Assembly: GCA_029856145.1 (NCBI GenBank)
Contig: JAHQWK010000012.1
Location: forward strand, 96,001 to 160,000
Length of the DNA stretch: 64,000 bases
Source of the DNA: Promethearchaeia archaeon
GTDB lineage: Archaea; Asgardarchaeota; Lokiarchaeia; Sigyniarchaeales; SOKP01
Direction of reading: 5' to 3'
The stretch's first letter is position 1, and each line of letters starts with the position of its first letter. The translations under genes and the position numbers were made by a program. Of the stretch, positions 10,593 to 21,740 are shown piece by piece. A model generated the notes under the pieces. It was given only the letters and a program-made list of their open reading frames with translations. It was not told the origin of the DNA and searched no databases.

Positions 10593-11708
10593 TTATAAAA
10601 GTTCTTCTATATCTTTAAAAGGATAGTCAAAAGATTCTGCAATTTCTTTTATTGTTATATTACCCTTAAAAAGATTAACACCCCTTCTTAGTGAAGGATA
10701 TTTTTTGAGAACTTTAGCAATATCTTCATCTGATATTAAGTTTAATAAATATGGAAATAAACTTTCAGATAGTGCTTCTGTAGATGTCCTTGGATAAGCA
10801 CCAGGCATATTTGTAACACAATAATGAATTATACCTTCTTCTAGATAGGTAGGTTCTTCGTGATTTGTAGGTCTACTAGTTTCTATACAACCTCCTTGAT
10901 CAATAGAAACATCAATTATAACAGAACCAGGGCTCATTGATCTAACCATATCTCTTGAAACGATTCTTGGTGCTTTTGCATTTGGAATTAAAACTGTCCC
11001 GATTAAAATGTCTGCTTTTTTAACTTTTTTTCTTATATTTCTTATATTTGACATAATAACATTAATTCCATTTGGCAATATTTCCTTTAGATATCGAATA
11101 CGTTCTATATTTCTTTCTAAGATTGTTACATCAGCACCCAAACCATAGCCTGCTAATGCAGCATTAATCCCCGCAGTACCTCCACCTAATACAGTAATAT
11201 GTCCTCTATATACTCCAGTAGCCCCTCCTAATAAAACCCCTTTACCTTTATTATGGAAAGATTGTAAATTAGCACCCTTAATCAGAGCCATCCTTCCAGC
11301 TATCTCAGACATAGGTATTAAAATTGGCAGATGCCCATCAGCTAATTCAACAGATTCAAAAGCGATTGCGGTTGCTTTACCCTTTATAAATACATCTGTT
11401 AATTCTTTAACTGCAGATAAATGTAAGAAAGAAAATAATATTGGTCCAGGATTAAAATAATTTAATTCCTCTAAAACAGGTTCTTTAACTTTAACAAGAA
11501 TATCTGAATCTGTATATATCTGTCTTTTAGTATCATATATTTTTGCTCCAACTTTAAGATATTGGTTATTATCAAATCCTGCATTTTTTCCCGCATCACG
11601 TTCGATTATTACATTATGACCTAGATGAACAAGTTCCTCAACATTATAGGGAGAAAGACTTACTCGCCCCTCTCCCAACTTTATTTCTTTTGGGATTCCT
11701 ATTATCAT
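10593..11708 (-). CDS. ald: alanine dehydrogenase
   Basis: [54 protein letters not shown]. Confidence 0.95.
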   Translation of the reverse strand: MIIGIPKEIKLGEGRVSLSPYNVEELVHLGHNVIIERDAGKNAGFDNNQYLKVGAKIYDTKRQIYTDSDILVKVKEPVLEELNYFNPGPILFSFLHLSAVKELTDVFIKGKATAIAFESVELADGHLPILIPMSEIAGRMALIKGANLQSFHNKGKGVLLGGATGVYRGHITVLGGGTAGINAALAGYGLGADVTILERNIERIRYLKEILPNGINVIMSNIRNIRKKVKKADILIGTVLIPNAKAPRIVSRDMVRSMSPGSVIIDVSIDQGGCIETSRPTNHEEPTYLEEGIIHYCVTNMPGAYPRTSTEALSESLFPYLLNLISDEDIAKVLKKYPSLRRGVNLFKGNITIKEIAESFDYPFKDIEELL

Positions 11709-12035
11709 ATTTCAATCAAGCTTATTTTATAATTTAAATATTTTTGTATTAATTTAAAATAATGTTTTTAAAAAAATTAAATTAATTAATAAAAAGGATA
11801 ATTTATTTGATAAAAATTTTAATAATTATATTTAAAGCCTTTTAACATACTTTTATATTTAAAAAGTAGGAAATTATGAAGAAGAAAAAAATTTCATAAT
11901 ACATTAATATAAAAATGATTAGGATAAATAGATAAAGTCAAGACATATAAAACTTAACCTAATATGTAATAATAGATAAAGTGAATTAATTATTTTAAGA
12001 TTAAAAAAATATAAAAAAAAAATAAGAATTTAATT

Positions 12036-12770
12036 TTATTGAACCTGCGTCATAGGTATACCTTTAAATTCATGACCACATTTTCCGCAAAACTTAAGGG
12101 AAGGATCTTCGATATCTGCTCCACATTCAGGGCAAAATTTAAGTGTGGGAGCGTCTGAAGGTTTTGTCTTTTCAACAGGGGTTTTAGGTTCTTTCTTTTC
12201 AGGGATTTTCTCTTCTCGTTCTTTTGAGTAATAATGAGCTGCTCCAGCGCCACCAAAAGCTAAGCCAGCTGCTAAGAATCCTCCAATAACTCCAAAATTC
12301 ACAGTATGCAGAGACATACTTATACCATAAGCGTTTATGTTCCAGAAATCGTAAGTAACACCGGGAGGTGGAGGACCTAAGTAACTCTCTATCGGAAAAT
12401 TTAAAGGTACTAATATAAGCCATAATAACTCAGCGACAATAAATAGAATTCCCAATATTGCAGATGGAATTATAACTTTTCTTATTTTATCATTTCTTTT
12501 AAGGGTAATACCAGATACGAGACTTCCAACTCCACCTATAGCGATTAAAATAGTTGCAATTAAACTGGGAATCATAACCATAGGTTCTGTAATAAAATCT
12601 GTACCTACTAACATTCCGCCGTAATCATATATATATAAATCCCACATCCAAAGATTTGCTGTCACCGTTCCCATAAGATTTATTGAAGCTACTGGAGTTA
12701 CTATAGCGATGAATGCTAGAATTCCAGCAACTAAAGGAAAAACCCAAATATATTCTCTTATTTTTGTCAT
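12036..12770 (-). CDS. 4-TM membrane protein with C-terminal zinc ribbon
   Basis: Four hydrophobic segments; FCPECG...FCGKCG. Confidence 0.8.
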   Translation of the reverse strand: MTKIREYIWVFPLVAGILAFIAIVTPVASINLMGTVTANLWMWDLYIYDYGGMLVGTDFITEPMVMIPSLIATILIAIGGVGSLVSGITLKRNDKIRKVIIPSAILGILFIVAELLWLILVPLNFPIESYLGPPPPGVTYDFWNINAYGISMSLHTVNFGVIGGFLAAGLAFGGAGAAHYYSKEREEKIPEKKEPKTPVEKTKPSDAPTLKFCPECGADIEDPSLKFCGKCGHEFKGIPMTQVQ

Positions 12771-12958
12771 AAAAAAATCACTTTAAAATTGAGTTTCGTT
12801 ATTGTTTTATTATTTCTCATAAAAGTTTATAAAGTTTATGAAATCAGATAAGAAATTATAGTTTTTATTTTTATCAGAATTTATTATAAACAAAGATATT
12901 AGCACAAATAAAAAAAAATAAGTTAAATTGATTTAGTTATGATTTTTCTATAGCTTTA

Positions 12959-13369
12959 TTACATAAAAAGGGCAGCTGCTCCAGCAAGTATGACTACAAT
13001 ACCACCTATTAGTGGTAAGTAAAAACCAATACTTAGATACATATCAGCACCCATAAATACAGGTATTAATGACCCAATTAATAATAAAACGCCACTAATT
13101 AGCCAAATAATGCCCATTATTTTCAACTCTTCACGTTTTTTAGCTAAAAAACCAGTAGCTAATGCTATAACTGCGAAGATTATAATAAGGATACCTGCAA
13201 ACACTATATCACTCATTACCCATTGTGTAATTCCCATTATTGATACTAATCCCCATGACCACATCATCATAGGTCCTGTCGTTATCCAAATGTATGGTGT
13301 ACACCAGCCAATTAAGCCAAGAATTCCTCCAACAAGTGCTATAAGCCAAGCTTTTTCTTTTAATCCCAT
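12959..13369 (-). CDS. 4-TM membrane protein
   Basis: Hydrophobic 136-aa ORF resembling the membrane part of 12036-12770. Confidence 0.7.
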   Translation of the reverse strand: MGLKEKAWLIALVGGILGLIGWCTPYIWITTGPMMMWSWGLVSIMGITQWVMSDIVFAGILIIIFAVIALATGFLAKKREELKIMGIIWLISGVLLLIGSLIPVFMGADMYLSIGFYLPLIGGIVVILAGAAALFM

Positions 13370-13640
13370 ATTTAAAAACCTTTTTTTGTTTTATAATAAT
13401 TTTTATATTTTTTTTTGAATTTCTAATGTTGTTAGTTATATATTTTTTCTCTATAATATATAAAGATTTCTGATTATTAGATTAGTAAATTTTTCAAGAA
13501 GATAGAAAGCTGTTATTAAAACTTTATTGTTTGTAATACTTTCTTATTAGGTTTAGATTCATAATATTAAGTCAGATAAATAATTAAAACAAAAGTTACA
13601 ATTACATCCTTCAAAAATCAAATAAAATAAAAATAATTTA

Positions 13641-14711
13641 TTATAATAATAAAGTCCAATCAATTTCTTTTTCAATTATATCTAAAACTTTCTCAATTTC
13701 ATCTTCTTGTATTCCCGGTTTTAAACGTTCTAGATTCATCATTGTGGTATATGTGTCAGATGGACTAAGGATTATTGGTATCCCCTTTTCATTAGCTGCA
13801 GTAATTACACCCATATCAGGTTGGATAAAACCTGTAAGAATTAAAGTAGAAACATTCTGATCTAATGCTGCCATTGCTAAATCAGTTCTATCTCCCCCTG
13901 TAATAAATGCTGCTCTTTTAACTTGCCGTAAATATTTTAAAGCAGCCTGTGCATTCATAGCACCAATTAGGAATGTCTCAACTAAATTGTTTAAACCAGA
14001 TGATGCTTGCTCATTAATTAATTCTCCACCAATTTGCTCTTTAAGTTCATTAACTCGAGGTGAAAATAATTCAACACTCTTTTCAATTATTCCTAATACA
14101 GGAATATCGTATCTCTTTATATGGTCTTCGGTAAGTTCTTTAATTCTTGCAATATACTCGTAATTTATTTTATTAAAAAGAATACCCATAATCTTAATAT
14201 TTCGAAACTTAAAATAATTCTTCGTGAAAAAAAAGTTATCTATAGATCGATCTGACGATTCTGTAGAAACATAAATTAATTCATTAATGCCTAAATCTTG
14301 AGCAATAGTAATATCATCTAGTCCTATTCTAATAAATTTCCTAATACTAGGGTTACCTTCAATAATTACATAATCCATATTCGTGGTGATTTTATCATAA
14401 GCATTTTTAATTTTTTGCATGAATTCTTCTTTTTTAGTGGAATCAACTAAATCAACATAGTATGCATCTGGAATTGATACAGGTGAAATAAAATCATATG
14501 GGTGATCTGTTCGAAAAACAGTGTTTAAAATAAACCCGACATCAGGATCTGCTTTATTTGTAAACGCACTTTTAGGAATACCAATAGGCTTAAAATAAGC
14601 AAATTTTTTCCCTTCTTTTTTTAATTTTTGAATAAAACCTATTGAAAGAAAGCTTTTTCCAGCACTTTCTTCCAATGAGCTTAAATAAAATACTTTTACC
14701 ATTCTTCTCAC
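13641..14711 (-). CDS. phosphotransacetylase N-terminal-like protein (BioD-like plus DRTGG domains)
   Basis: SAGKS P-loop, YFKPIG, IIEG, GAM, ITGGDRTD; follows the acd gene. Confidence 0.88.
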   Translation of the reverse strand: MRRMVKVFYLSSLEESAGKSFLSIGFIQKLKKEGKKFAYFKPIGIPKSAFTNKADPDVGFILNTVFRTDHPYDFISPVSIPDAYYVDLVDSTKKEEFMQKIKNAYDKITTNMDYVIIEGNPSIRKFIRIGLDDITIAQDLGINELIYVSTESSDRSIDNFFFTKNYFKFRNIKIMGILFNKINYEYIARIKELTEDHIKRYDIPVLGIIEKSVELFSPRVNELKEQIGGELINEQASSGLNNLVETFLIGAMNAQAALKYLRQVKRAAFITGGDRTDLAMAALDQNVSTLILTGFIQPDMGVITAANEKGIPIILSPSDTYTTMMNLERLKPGIQEDEIEKVLDIIEKEIDWTLLL

Positions 14712-14720
14712 TTCTTTTTA

Positions 14721-16871
14721 TTATCTTTTAATTGTAATTTTAATATCTACAGCACTATACCCCTTTATAAAAGCTAAAAGGGGATTTATATCCAACTCTA
14801 CAATTTCAGGAAAATCATTAACTAGCTGTGAAAGTCTTAACAAGACATCAATTATGGCATCAATATCAGATGGAGCCTCTCCTCTAACACCTTGGAGAAG
14901 ACTATTAAGTTTTGTGCTGCTTATTAGCTTTTTTGCATCTGTTTTTGTGAATTTATGTGATAAAGCAAAAGCAACATCTTTGATAAAATTGGCGTAAATC
15001 CCTCCCGTTCCAAACATTAATAATGGCCCAAATTGAGAGTCCCTAGACATGCCTATTATAATCTCATTTACTTTTACTTCAGATTTAATATCTATCATCT
15101 GTTGCACTTCTACTCCATAAATCTTAGCATTTTGAGGGCCAAATTTTTTCGCATTATTGACAATTTGTATATATGCTTCAAAAGCATCTTGTTCTGTTTC
15201 AATATTTAATAAAATTCCTCCAACATCGGTTTTATGTATGATATTAGGGCTAACTATTTTCATAACAGATTTTCCAATTTCTGATTGTAATTTCATAGCT
15301 TGTCTAGGAGTTTGAGCTAAACGTGATTTTGGAGATTTAATGCCATAGCAATCAAAAACTTCACTTGTTTCATAGCTTAATAAAACCATCCTACGATCCT
15401 TACGAACATTAGAGAAAATCTCTGCTATCCTTTCCTTATTTACCTTAAATGAAAGAATTTCAAGCTCATCTAAAGCTGTACTATTTAAGTATTCACGTCG
15501 TTTTATTAATGTCCTTAATGAATGAGCAGCTCGGTCCGGAAAATGATAACATGGTATGTGATTTTGTTTTAAAAATTCTCTACCCTCTGAAATATTTTTT
15601 CCTCCTATGAAAGAACACACTATTGGTTTACCATTTAAATGATTGGAAAATATATTATGTATAAGTCTAGCGACTTCAGTAGGTTTTGTTTGAGCTTGAG
15701 GAGTTACAATAATTAAGGCACCTTGGGTAGTTATATCGCCATAATCTTGCCCAGAATTCAAACCGAAAACAGTCTTAATTGTAAAATCATACCGATCAGG
15801 TTTAGCATCTCCTACAATATCTATTGGATTGAAAATTGCAGCTTCTAATGGTAAATTTTTTCTTAAACTATGAAGAATTGGTTCTGAAAAGCTTGCAAAC
15901 TTTAAATCTTCACGTTCAAAAGCATCAGTTGCCACAATACCAGGTCCACCAGCATTTGTAATTATCGCAAAAGAGTTCTCTTTTGGTACGGGTTGGTATA
16001 GGAAAATCTCACCGTAATCAAATAGATCTTCTATAGTTTTGGCTCTAATCACCCCAGATTTACTGAATGCCAAATCATAAGCAATATCAATTCCTGCTAA
16101 GGCTCCAGTATGGCTTGAAGCAGCTCTGGCACCGGCTTCACTAACTCCAGATTTTAAAATTACTATTGGCTTTTTCCGAGTAGCTCTTGGGAGAACACTT
16201 AAGAACTTCTCTCCATCTTTAATGCTTTCCAAATAACATAATATTACTTTTGTATTTTCGTCATCAGCAAGGTATTTAATAAAATCAACTGCACCTAAAT
16301 CAGCCTTATTTCCCAAACTAATATTACATGAGAATCCAAAAGCCTGTGTCATACTGTAATCCATCATACCAGTAAGCATGGCACCTGATTGTGATATCAT
16401 AGCGATCTCTCCTTTTTTAGGGGTCTCTGCAGCAAATGATCCATTATAGTTTAAACCTATTAGACCCAAACAATTCGGGCCTAAAATTCTCATATTATAT
16501 TTTTTACTAATTTTGATTAGTTCTTCTTCCCTTTTAACGCCTTCTCCACCGACTTCTTTAAATCCTGCTGAAATGATAATTAACCCTTTAACTTCCTTTT
16601 TACCACATTCCTCTGCTGCTTTATTCACAAATTTTCCTGGAATAACAAAAATGGCTATATCAATATCACCCGACACATCTAAAACGCTCGTATAACAAGG
16701 TAAATCACAAATCTCCCTAGCTTTCGGATTTATTGGAAAGATCTTACCACTATAACCTGAATTTATTATATTATTTAATACTGTGTTGCCTACTTTCCCC
16801 TCTTTCTCGCTAGCTCCAATTACAGCAATACTTTTAGGATTGAAGAAAAATGAGATATCGTTATTGGCCAT
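14721..16871 (-). CDS. acd: acetate--CoA ligase (ADP-forming), fused alpha/beta
   Basis: PKSIAVIGAS, LGPNCLG, SQSGA, ASSHTGAL (phospho-His), TNAGGPG, HKTDVGG, ELDINPL. Confidence 0.9.
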   Translation of the reverse strand: MANNDISFFFNPKSIAVIGASEKEGKVGNTVLNNIINSGYSGKIFPINPKAREICDLPCYTSVLDVSGDIDIAIFVIPGKFVNKAAEECGKKEVKGLIIISAGFKEVGGEGVKREEELIKISKKYNMRILGPNCLGLIGLNYNGSFAAETPKKGEIAMISQSGAMLTGMMDYSMTQAFGFSCNISLGNKADLGAVDFIKYLADDENTKVILCYLESIKDGEKFLSVLPRATRKKPIVILKSGVSEAGARAASSHTGALAGIDIAYDLAFSKSGVIRAKTIEDLFDYGEIFLYQPVPKENSFAIITNAGGPGIVATDAFEREDLKFASFSEPILHSLRKNLPLEAAIFNPIDIVGDAKPDRYDFTIKTVFGLNSGQDYGDITTQGALIIVTPQAQTKPTEVARLIHNIFSNHLNGKPIVCSFIGGKNISEGREFLKQNHIPCYHFPDRAAHSLRTLIKRREYLNSTALDELEILSFKVNKERIAEIFSNVRKDRRMVLLSYETSEVFDCYGIKSPKSRLAQTPRQAMKLQSEIGKSVMKIVSPNIIHKTDVGGILLNIETEQDAFEAYIQIVNNAKKFGPQNAKIYGVEVQQMIDIKSEVKVNEIIIGMSRDSQFGPLLMFGTGGIYANFIKDVAFALSHKFTKTDAKKLISSTKLNSLLQGVRGEAPSDIDAIIDVLLRLSQLVNDFPEIVELDINPLLAFIKGYSAVDIKITIKR

Positions 16872-17019
16872 TTTTAATTCTGAAAATTAATATATTCTAA
16901 AGCGTGTATAAAATTCTATTATTGTGATTATTTTTAAATTTTTCATTGATTAAAAATACATCTTTAAAACATAAAGTTAAAAACATAATCATTAAAAATT
17001 TTTCATCTTTTCTTTTTGT

Positions 17020-17496
17020 ATGACGAGAATTATTATAGTAACGAATAGAGGAGAGATAAATCTCAATTTATTTGATGATGATGCTCCAATGACAGTTACT
17101 AGCTTTTTACACTTGATAAGTCAAGATTTCTATAATGGCATTGTTTTTCACCGCGTAATAGCTGACTTCATGATTCAGGTTGGCTGCCCTTTAGGTCGTG
17201 GAATAGGAGGTCCAAGAGATAAAGGAATAAGTTCCTTTCCTTATCGAGGTCAACAAATTAGTTATCCATTTGCAGATGAGTTCCAAAGTGGAAGAAAATT
17301 TGATAAACCAGGCATCTTAGCGATGGCAAATGCTGGAGCAAATACAAATGGATCACAAATTTTCATCACACATGTACCTACATCACACCTTAATAATAAA
17401 CACACAATTTTCGGGGAAGTTATAAATCCCTCAGATCAAGATGTTGTTAATTCAATAGTTCAAGGAGATAAAATTATTGCAATAAAAATAGTCTAA
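17020..17496 (+). CDS. cyclophilin-type peptidyl-prolyl isomerase
   Basis: FHRVIADFMIQ, AMANAGANTNGSQIFIT, HLNNKHTIFG. Confidence 0.95.
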   Translation: MTRIIIVTNRGEINLNLFDDDAPMTVTSFLHLISQDFYNGIVFHRVIADFMIQVGCPLGRGIGGPRDKGISSFPYRGQQISYPFADEFQSGRKFDKPGILAMANAGANTNGSQIFITHVPTSHLNNKHTIFGEVINPSDQDVVNSIVQGDKIIAIKIV

Positions 17497-17658
17497 AATC
17501 AATAGATCTTAAATTAAACTCTTTATTTTTTTTTAAACTAAAATCTGATATGTTTTTTATATTCTGGATAATACTAAAAATTTATAGATATTACTAATAT
17601 TAATAAATTGGATTATGAATAATTTTTCTTAAAACTAATTTAATTGTGGCTATAGATC

Positions 17659-18939
17659 ATGAGTAAAGATCTGAAAGACTTAATTAATTCAGTTGAAAAG
17701 GAAACAAAATCTCAAGCTGAATTAGAACAAATTATACATTCATTAAAAGATGAAATAAATCGATTAGATTTTACAGTTAACGAGCAAAAATTATTAATTG
17801 AAAATCTTAGGAGCCAAATGAAAGACGAAGATCTTGAACAAGCTGAATTACCAAGCGAAATAAATGTTTTAAAAGATATTATCACATCCCAAAGAAAGGA
17901 ATTGGAAGAAAAAGACAACATAATTGACAATTTAAATGATAAAATTTTAGAATTCGATACAGAAATTGAAAACAGTGAAGATTTTAATTCAAGAGAAAAA
18001 CTTGATGAAGAATTTTTTAATGCTCAAAAATTAATAATACAACTAACTGATGAAAATGAGCACTATAAAACCCAAATCGAACAATTACAGAACCGACTTG
18101 ATGATATTCAATTAGAAGAAGGAGATATTGATGATTTTCTTGATGATGAAACAAAAATCAGAGAGAATGAAGAATTAATAAATTTTAAAAAGCTAAATTT
18201 CCAATTGATGCAAGAAAATGGTTTATTACGAGTAGAAATAGAATCTATGAAAGCTAAAATGCAAGAAAGAATAGATGAGGCAAGTTCAGAAGAATTGGAA
18301 ATAGCATATGCAAAAATCGATGCTTTAACCTCAGAACTCGAAGATTATGAATCACAGATAAAATATTTACAAGAACAGCTAAAAAATTTAAGTGAACCAG
18401 TAACAGTTTCAACCGAAGAAGCATTAGAATTTGCCAAACTTAGAGAAGAATTTGATAATTTGAAATCTGAGTTATTTAAATATCAACAAGAAAATAAAAC
18501 TCTTCACGATAATTTAAATGAAGTAAAAAAAAGAAATCAAGATCTTGAAAGTGTAAAAGTTCATAGCACATCTATAGTACGAGGAATGCCAAAAAAAATA
18601 AAACACACTCTTTTTAATAGAATGTATCGCTTACTTGATGAAGATAATAAAAATAAGGTTATAGACTTCCTTATTCAAGATTTAAAAAGTAATAATAATG
18701 AGACAAAGAGAAACGCTATAAAAATATTGAGTCAGATAAAGGATAACAAAGTTTATGATGCCTTTCTTGAAATCATTGATGATAAAGATTGGTTAGTTAG
18801 ATATAATCTTATAAAAGCCCTTAATCAATTTGAAAATAAAAGTAATGAATTTAAAGGTTTGTTAAAAAAGCTTTCTAAAGATGTTGATGTAGATGTTAGA
18901 GAGCTTGCGGGAAAAATTTTAAATAATTACTCTGAATAA
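17659..18939 (+). CDS. long coiled-coil protein with C-terminal HEAT repeats
   Basis: About 300 aa of E/K/L/Q heptads, then KRNAIKIL...DKDWLVRYNLIKAL...DVDVDVRELA. Confidence 0.75.
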   Translation: MSKDLKDLINSVEKETKSQAELEQIIHSLKDEINRLDFTVNEQKLLIENLRSQMKDEDLEQAELPSEINVLKDIITSQRKELEEKDNIIDNLNDKILEFDTEIENSEDFNSREKLDEEFFNAQKLIIQLTDENEHYKTQIEQLQNRLDDIQLEEGDIDDFLDDETKIRENEELINFKKLNFQLMQENGLLRVEIESMKAKMQERIDEASSEELEIAYAKIDALTSELEDYESQIKYLQEQLKNLSEPVTVSTEEALEFAKLREEFDNLKSELFKYQQENKTLHDNLNEVKKRNQDLESVKVHSTSIVRGMPKKIKHTLFNRMYRLLDEDNKNKVIDFLIQDLKSNNNETKRNAIKILSQIKDNKVYDAFLEIIDDKDWLVRYNLIKALNQFENKSNEFKGLLKKLSKDVDVDVRELAGKILNNYSE

Positions 18940-19038
18940 CTTATAGAATTGACAGATTTGTCATTTACTAATAGACGCATTCATAAGTTATTATTCTTTT
19001 CATTTAAATACAGCTTTGTCATAACAGGATGCTAAATA

Positions 19039-19302
19039 ATGGGAAGAAGGTTATTTACACCCAATAGATGGAATTGGTCCCAAAAGGCAGAAAAATGGGT
19101 ATACGTCGAAATAACGAAAGATGGAAAGAGAAAATATCAATACAAATTAGATCCACCACAAGAATTTATCGAATTAACAATAAAAATGAAAAAGCTTAAC
19201 GAAAAACTATTGGAAGCAACAGATCCAGAAGAAAATATGAATATCTTTAATGAATTAATGATTATATCGCAAAAAATGCAAGAAATGGGAAAATTCGATT
19301 AA
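19039..19302 (+). CDS. hypothetical protein
   Basis: 87-aa ORF with ATG start. Confidence 0.55.
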   Translation: MGRRLFTPNRWNWSQKAEKWVYVEITKDGKRKYQYKLDPPQEFIELTIKMKKLNEKLLEATDPEENMNIFNELMIISQKMQEMGKFD

Positions 19303-20039
19303 ATATAATTATTTACTTCTTTTCTTGAGAGCTTGTCTGCTAAATAAAGTGGTTCTGGTTGTCGGTGTTCTTTAGTTGATTCTAAGCAGACTTTTAAAGC
19401 AATATCAAGTGTAGTGTTATAACCATTACTTATAAAAACAGGCTTTGAACCGTCGTTTAAACATACCACATATCCTAACAATTCGTTTAATGAGTTTTCA
19501 GTTGTAATTTCAGGATCTTTTGCCCATATTAGAGATTTATTACCTTTGATTAATTGAATTTTATGCCAATTACAATATCCAACGTAGGGATTTTTTGCAA
19601 CTCCTATAGTTGAGATATTTAAAGCGAGACCAAGATGAACTGCTTCCCCAAATCTTCTAGGGTGTATTTTCCCATGACCATCACACATTATAAGATCAGG
19701 TTTATTTGGAAGTTTTGAAATTACCTTTGCTAAAAGTTTACATTCTCGAAATCCTAAAAATCCTGGTTTGTAAGGAAATTTAATTAGTTCTTTAGCAAAA
19801 TAATATGACTCTGCTTTTTTTTGATTAAAATTCCAAACTACCACACAAGCCACTCCATAATCGATTTTTCCTTTTTCATAGTATGAGATATCTACTCCAA
19901 CAATGGTTTTAATAGCCTTAAAATCCTTTATGTGTTTATTTTGGGGCAATTGGATAATTAGGTTTTGATATTTTACTTGAATTGCTTCTGCTTGTTTAAA
20001 TGAATAATCGTCTACTAGTAACTCTTGAATAATTGGCAT
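19299..20039 (-). CDS. nfi: endonuclease V
   Basis: GVDIS, FPYKPGFLGFRE, DGHGKIHPRRFG, IGVAK, PEPLYLAD. Confidence 0.93.
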   Translation of the reverse strand: MPIIQELLVDDYSFKQAEAIQVKYQNLIIQLPQNKHIKDFKAIKTIVGVDISYYEKGKIDYGVACVVVWNFNQKKAESYYFAKELIKFPYKPGFLGFRECKLLAKVISKLPNKPDLIMCDGHGKIHPRRFGEAVHLGLALNISTIGVAKNPYVGYCNWHKIQLIKGNKSLIWAKDPEITTENSLNELLGYVVCLNDGSKPVFISNGYNTTLDIALKVCLESTKEHRQPEPLYLADKLSRKEVNNYI

Positions 20040-20193
20040 TCTAAATTAAGTATTTTGTAATTCTTATGTAATATTAAATTCAGATGGTTTAATATTATTC
20101 TAGTTTAGTAATTCACTCTAAATTATTTGAATTTATAAATAAAAACTTTAATTTACTTCGATTTATACTCTAAATTAGTTTGGTGATTTTTCT

Positions 20194-20997
20194 ATGAAAA
20201 TTAGTGTAAGTGGAAAGGGTGGTGTTGGAAAGACTTTAGTTGCTGGTATTCTAGCAAGAATGTTTGCAAAAGATGAATTTAAGGTTTTAGCAATTGATAA
20301 TGATTCTGCTATGAATCTTAGTTATACTTTAGGCATCGATGAAAAGACTAAGGCTCAAATCGTCCCAATTAAAGAAATGAAATCAATGATAGAAGAAAGA
20401 ACGTTTGTAAAAGGTGCTGGTCCTGGAGTATATAATATAAACCCAGAAGTCTCTGACATACCCGATAAATTTAAAGTATCAGGTCAAGATGGCTTACAAT
20501 TGCTGGTTTTAGGTGGAATTGAAGAACCAGCTACAGGATGTTTATGTCCAGAAAATGCCTTAATAAGAACCCTCTTATACAATTTATTTGTTAAAAGGGA
20601 TGAAATTGTAATTGTCGATTTTGAAGCAGGTATAGAACACTTAGGGCGTGGCACAGCAAAAGGTATTGATTTAATGTTAGTTATAACAGAGCCTTCTCAA
20701 AAATCTTTAGATCTCTGCAAGAAAATAATAGATCTTTCAAAAAAATTAGGAGTTATTAATATTTATTTAATTGCAAATAAAATAGCTGACGAGTCTCAAA
20801 AAGATGTGATTAATCAAAAAATTAAAGATTGGGAGGTTCCCCTTTATCATTCAATCCCTTTTGACCCTGAAATTGGGAAAGCTGATTTAGAGGGTATATC
20901 TCCAATGGACCATAACTCAAATTCAAAGGCAATTCTATCAATTAAATCTCTTTATAATAAATTAAAAAAATTAAAAGCTGAACTCTTTGATTTATAG
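20194..20997 (+). CDS. cooC: CooC/AcsF-like nickel-insertion ATPase (MinD family)
   Basis: GKGGVGKT, GCLCP, DFEAGIEHLGRG. Confidence 0.88.
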   Translation: MKISVSGKGGVGKTLVAGILARMFAKDEFKVLAIDNDSAMNLSYTLGIDEKTKAQIVPIKEMKSMIEERTFVKGAGPGVYNINPEVSDIPDKFKVSGQDGLQLLVLGGIEEPATGCLCPENALIRTLLYNLFVKRDEIVIVDFEAGIEHLGRGTAKGIDLMLVITEPSQKSLDLCKKIIDLSKKLGVINIYLIANKIADESQKDVINQKIKDWEVPLYHSIPFDPEIGKADLEGISPMDHNSNSKAILSIKSLYNKLKKLKAELFDL

Positions 20998-21148
20998 GTA
21001 AATAAGTCATTTTATTTTTCTTCTATATAATTTATTTAAGTTACTATATATTCTATATAGTTCACCTATAAATACCTAATTTTTGTTTAGGTGATTGGAG
21101 ATAATCCAAAATTAAAAAAATTAAAAAAATAGAGGTGGAATAAAGAAG

Positions 21149-21331
21149 TTGAGAAAGAAAGAAAACCTTCTAGTATTAGGAATGTTTTGTTTAATCATAG
21201 CATTCGTTTTAGAAATGGCAGGTAATGGAACTTTTTTAGCTAATTTCATAAGTTTGTTGTTTGTCGGAATAGCAATTTTTTCTAATGCTGAATATCTGGT
21301 TTTAACTTCTTTAGAGAGAAATAAGAAATAG
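21149..21331 (+). CDS. small 2-TM membrane protein
   Basis: 60 aa, TTG start after GAGGTGG. Confidence 0.45.
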   Translation: MRKKENLLVLGMFCLIIAFVLEMAGNGTFLANFISLLFVGIAIFSNAEYLVLTSLERNKK

Positions 21332-21347
21332 TTTCAAATATTTTTTT

Positions 21348-21590
21348 TTAAATTACATCCGTTAAATTCAAATCCTGATCTTCAGCAAGTTCTCTCCATT
21401 GTTCGATAGATTCTTTAGCTTCTTCTTCATTCATCATTTCAATTGCATATCCTGCATGAACGATAACATACTTTCCAATTTCAGGTTTTTGAATTAACGC
21501 AATAATTACATTTTGTTTAATTCCATCAAAATCTACTAATGCAGAATTCTCATCAATTTCTAAGATTTTTCCTGGTATTGCTAAGCACAT
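21348..21590 (-). CDS. hypC: hydrogenase maturation chaperone HypC
   Basis: MCLAIPG, YVIVHAGYAI. Confidence 0.96.
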   Translation of the reverse strand: MCLAIPGKILEIDENSALVDFDGIKQNVIIALIQKPEIGKYVIVHAGYAIEMMNEEEAKESIEQWRELAEDQDLNLTDVI

Positions 21591-21740
21591 AAAAATTCTC
21601 TAGTCAAAACTACAATTAGTAATTCTTATAATATAATTAAATAAATAAAATTATCTTTTTCTTCAATTAAAAAGCCCGTTTTAAATAAAATGAAAGGATA
21701 AGGGAGGATGAGCAAAGTAGACAAAAAAATTTAATCTAAC

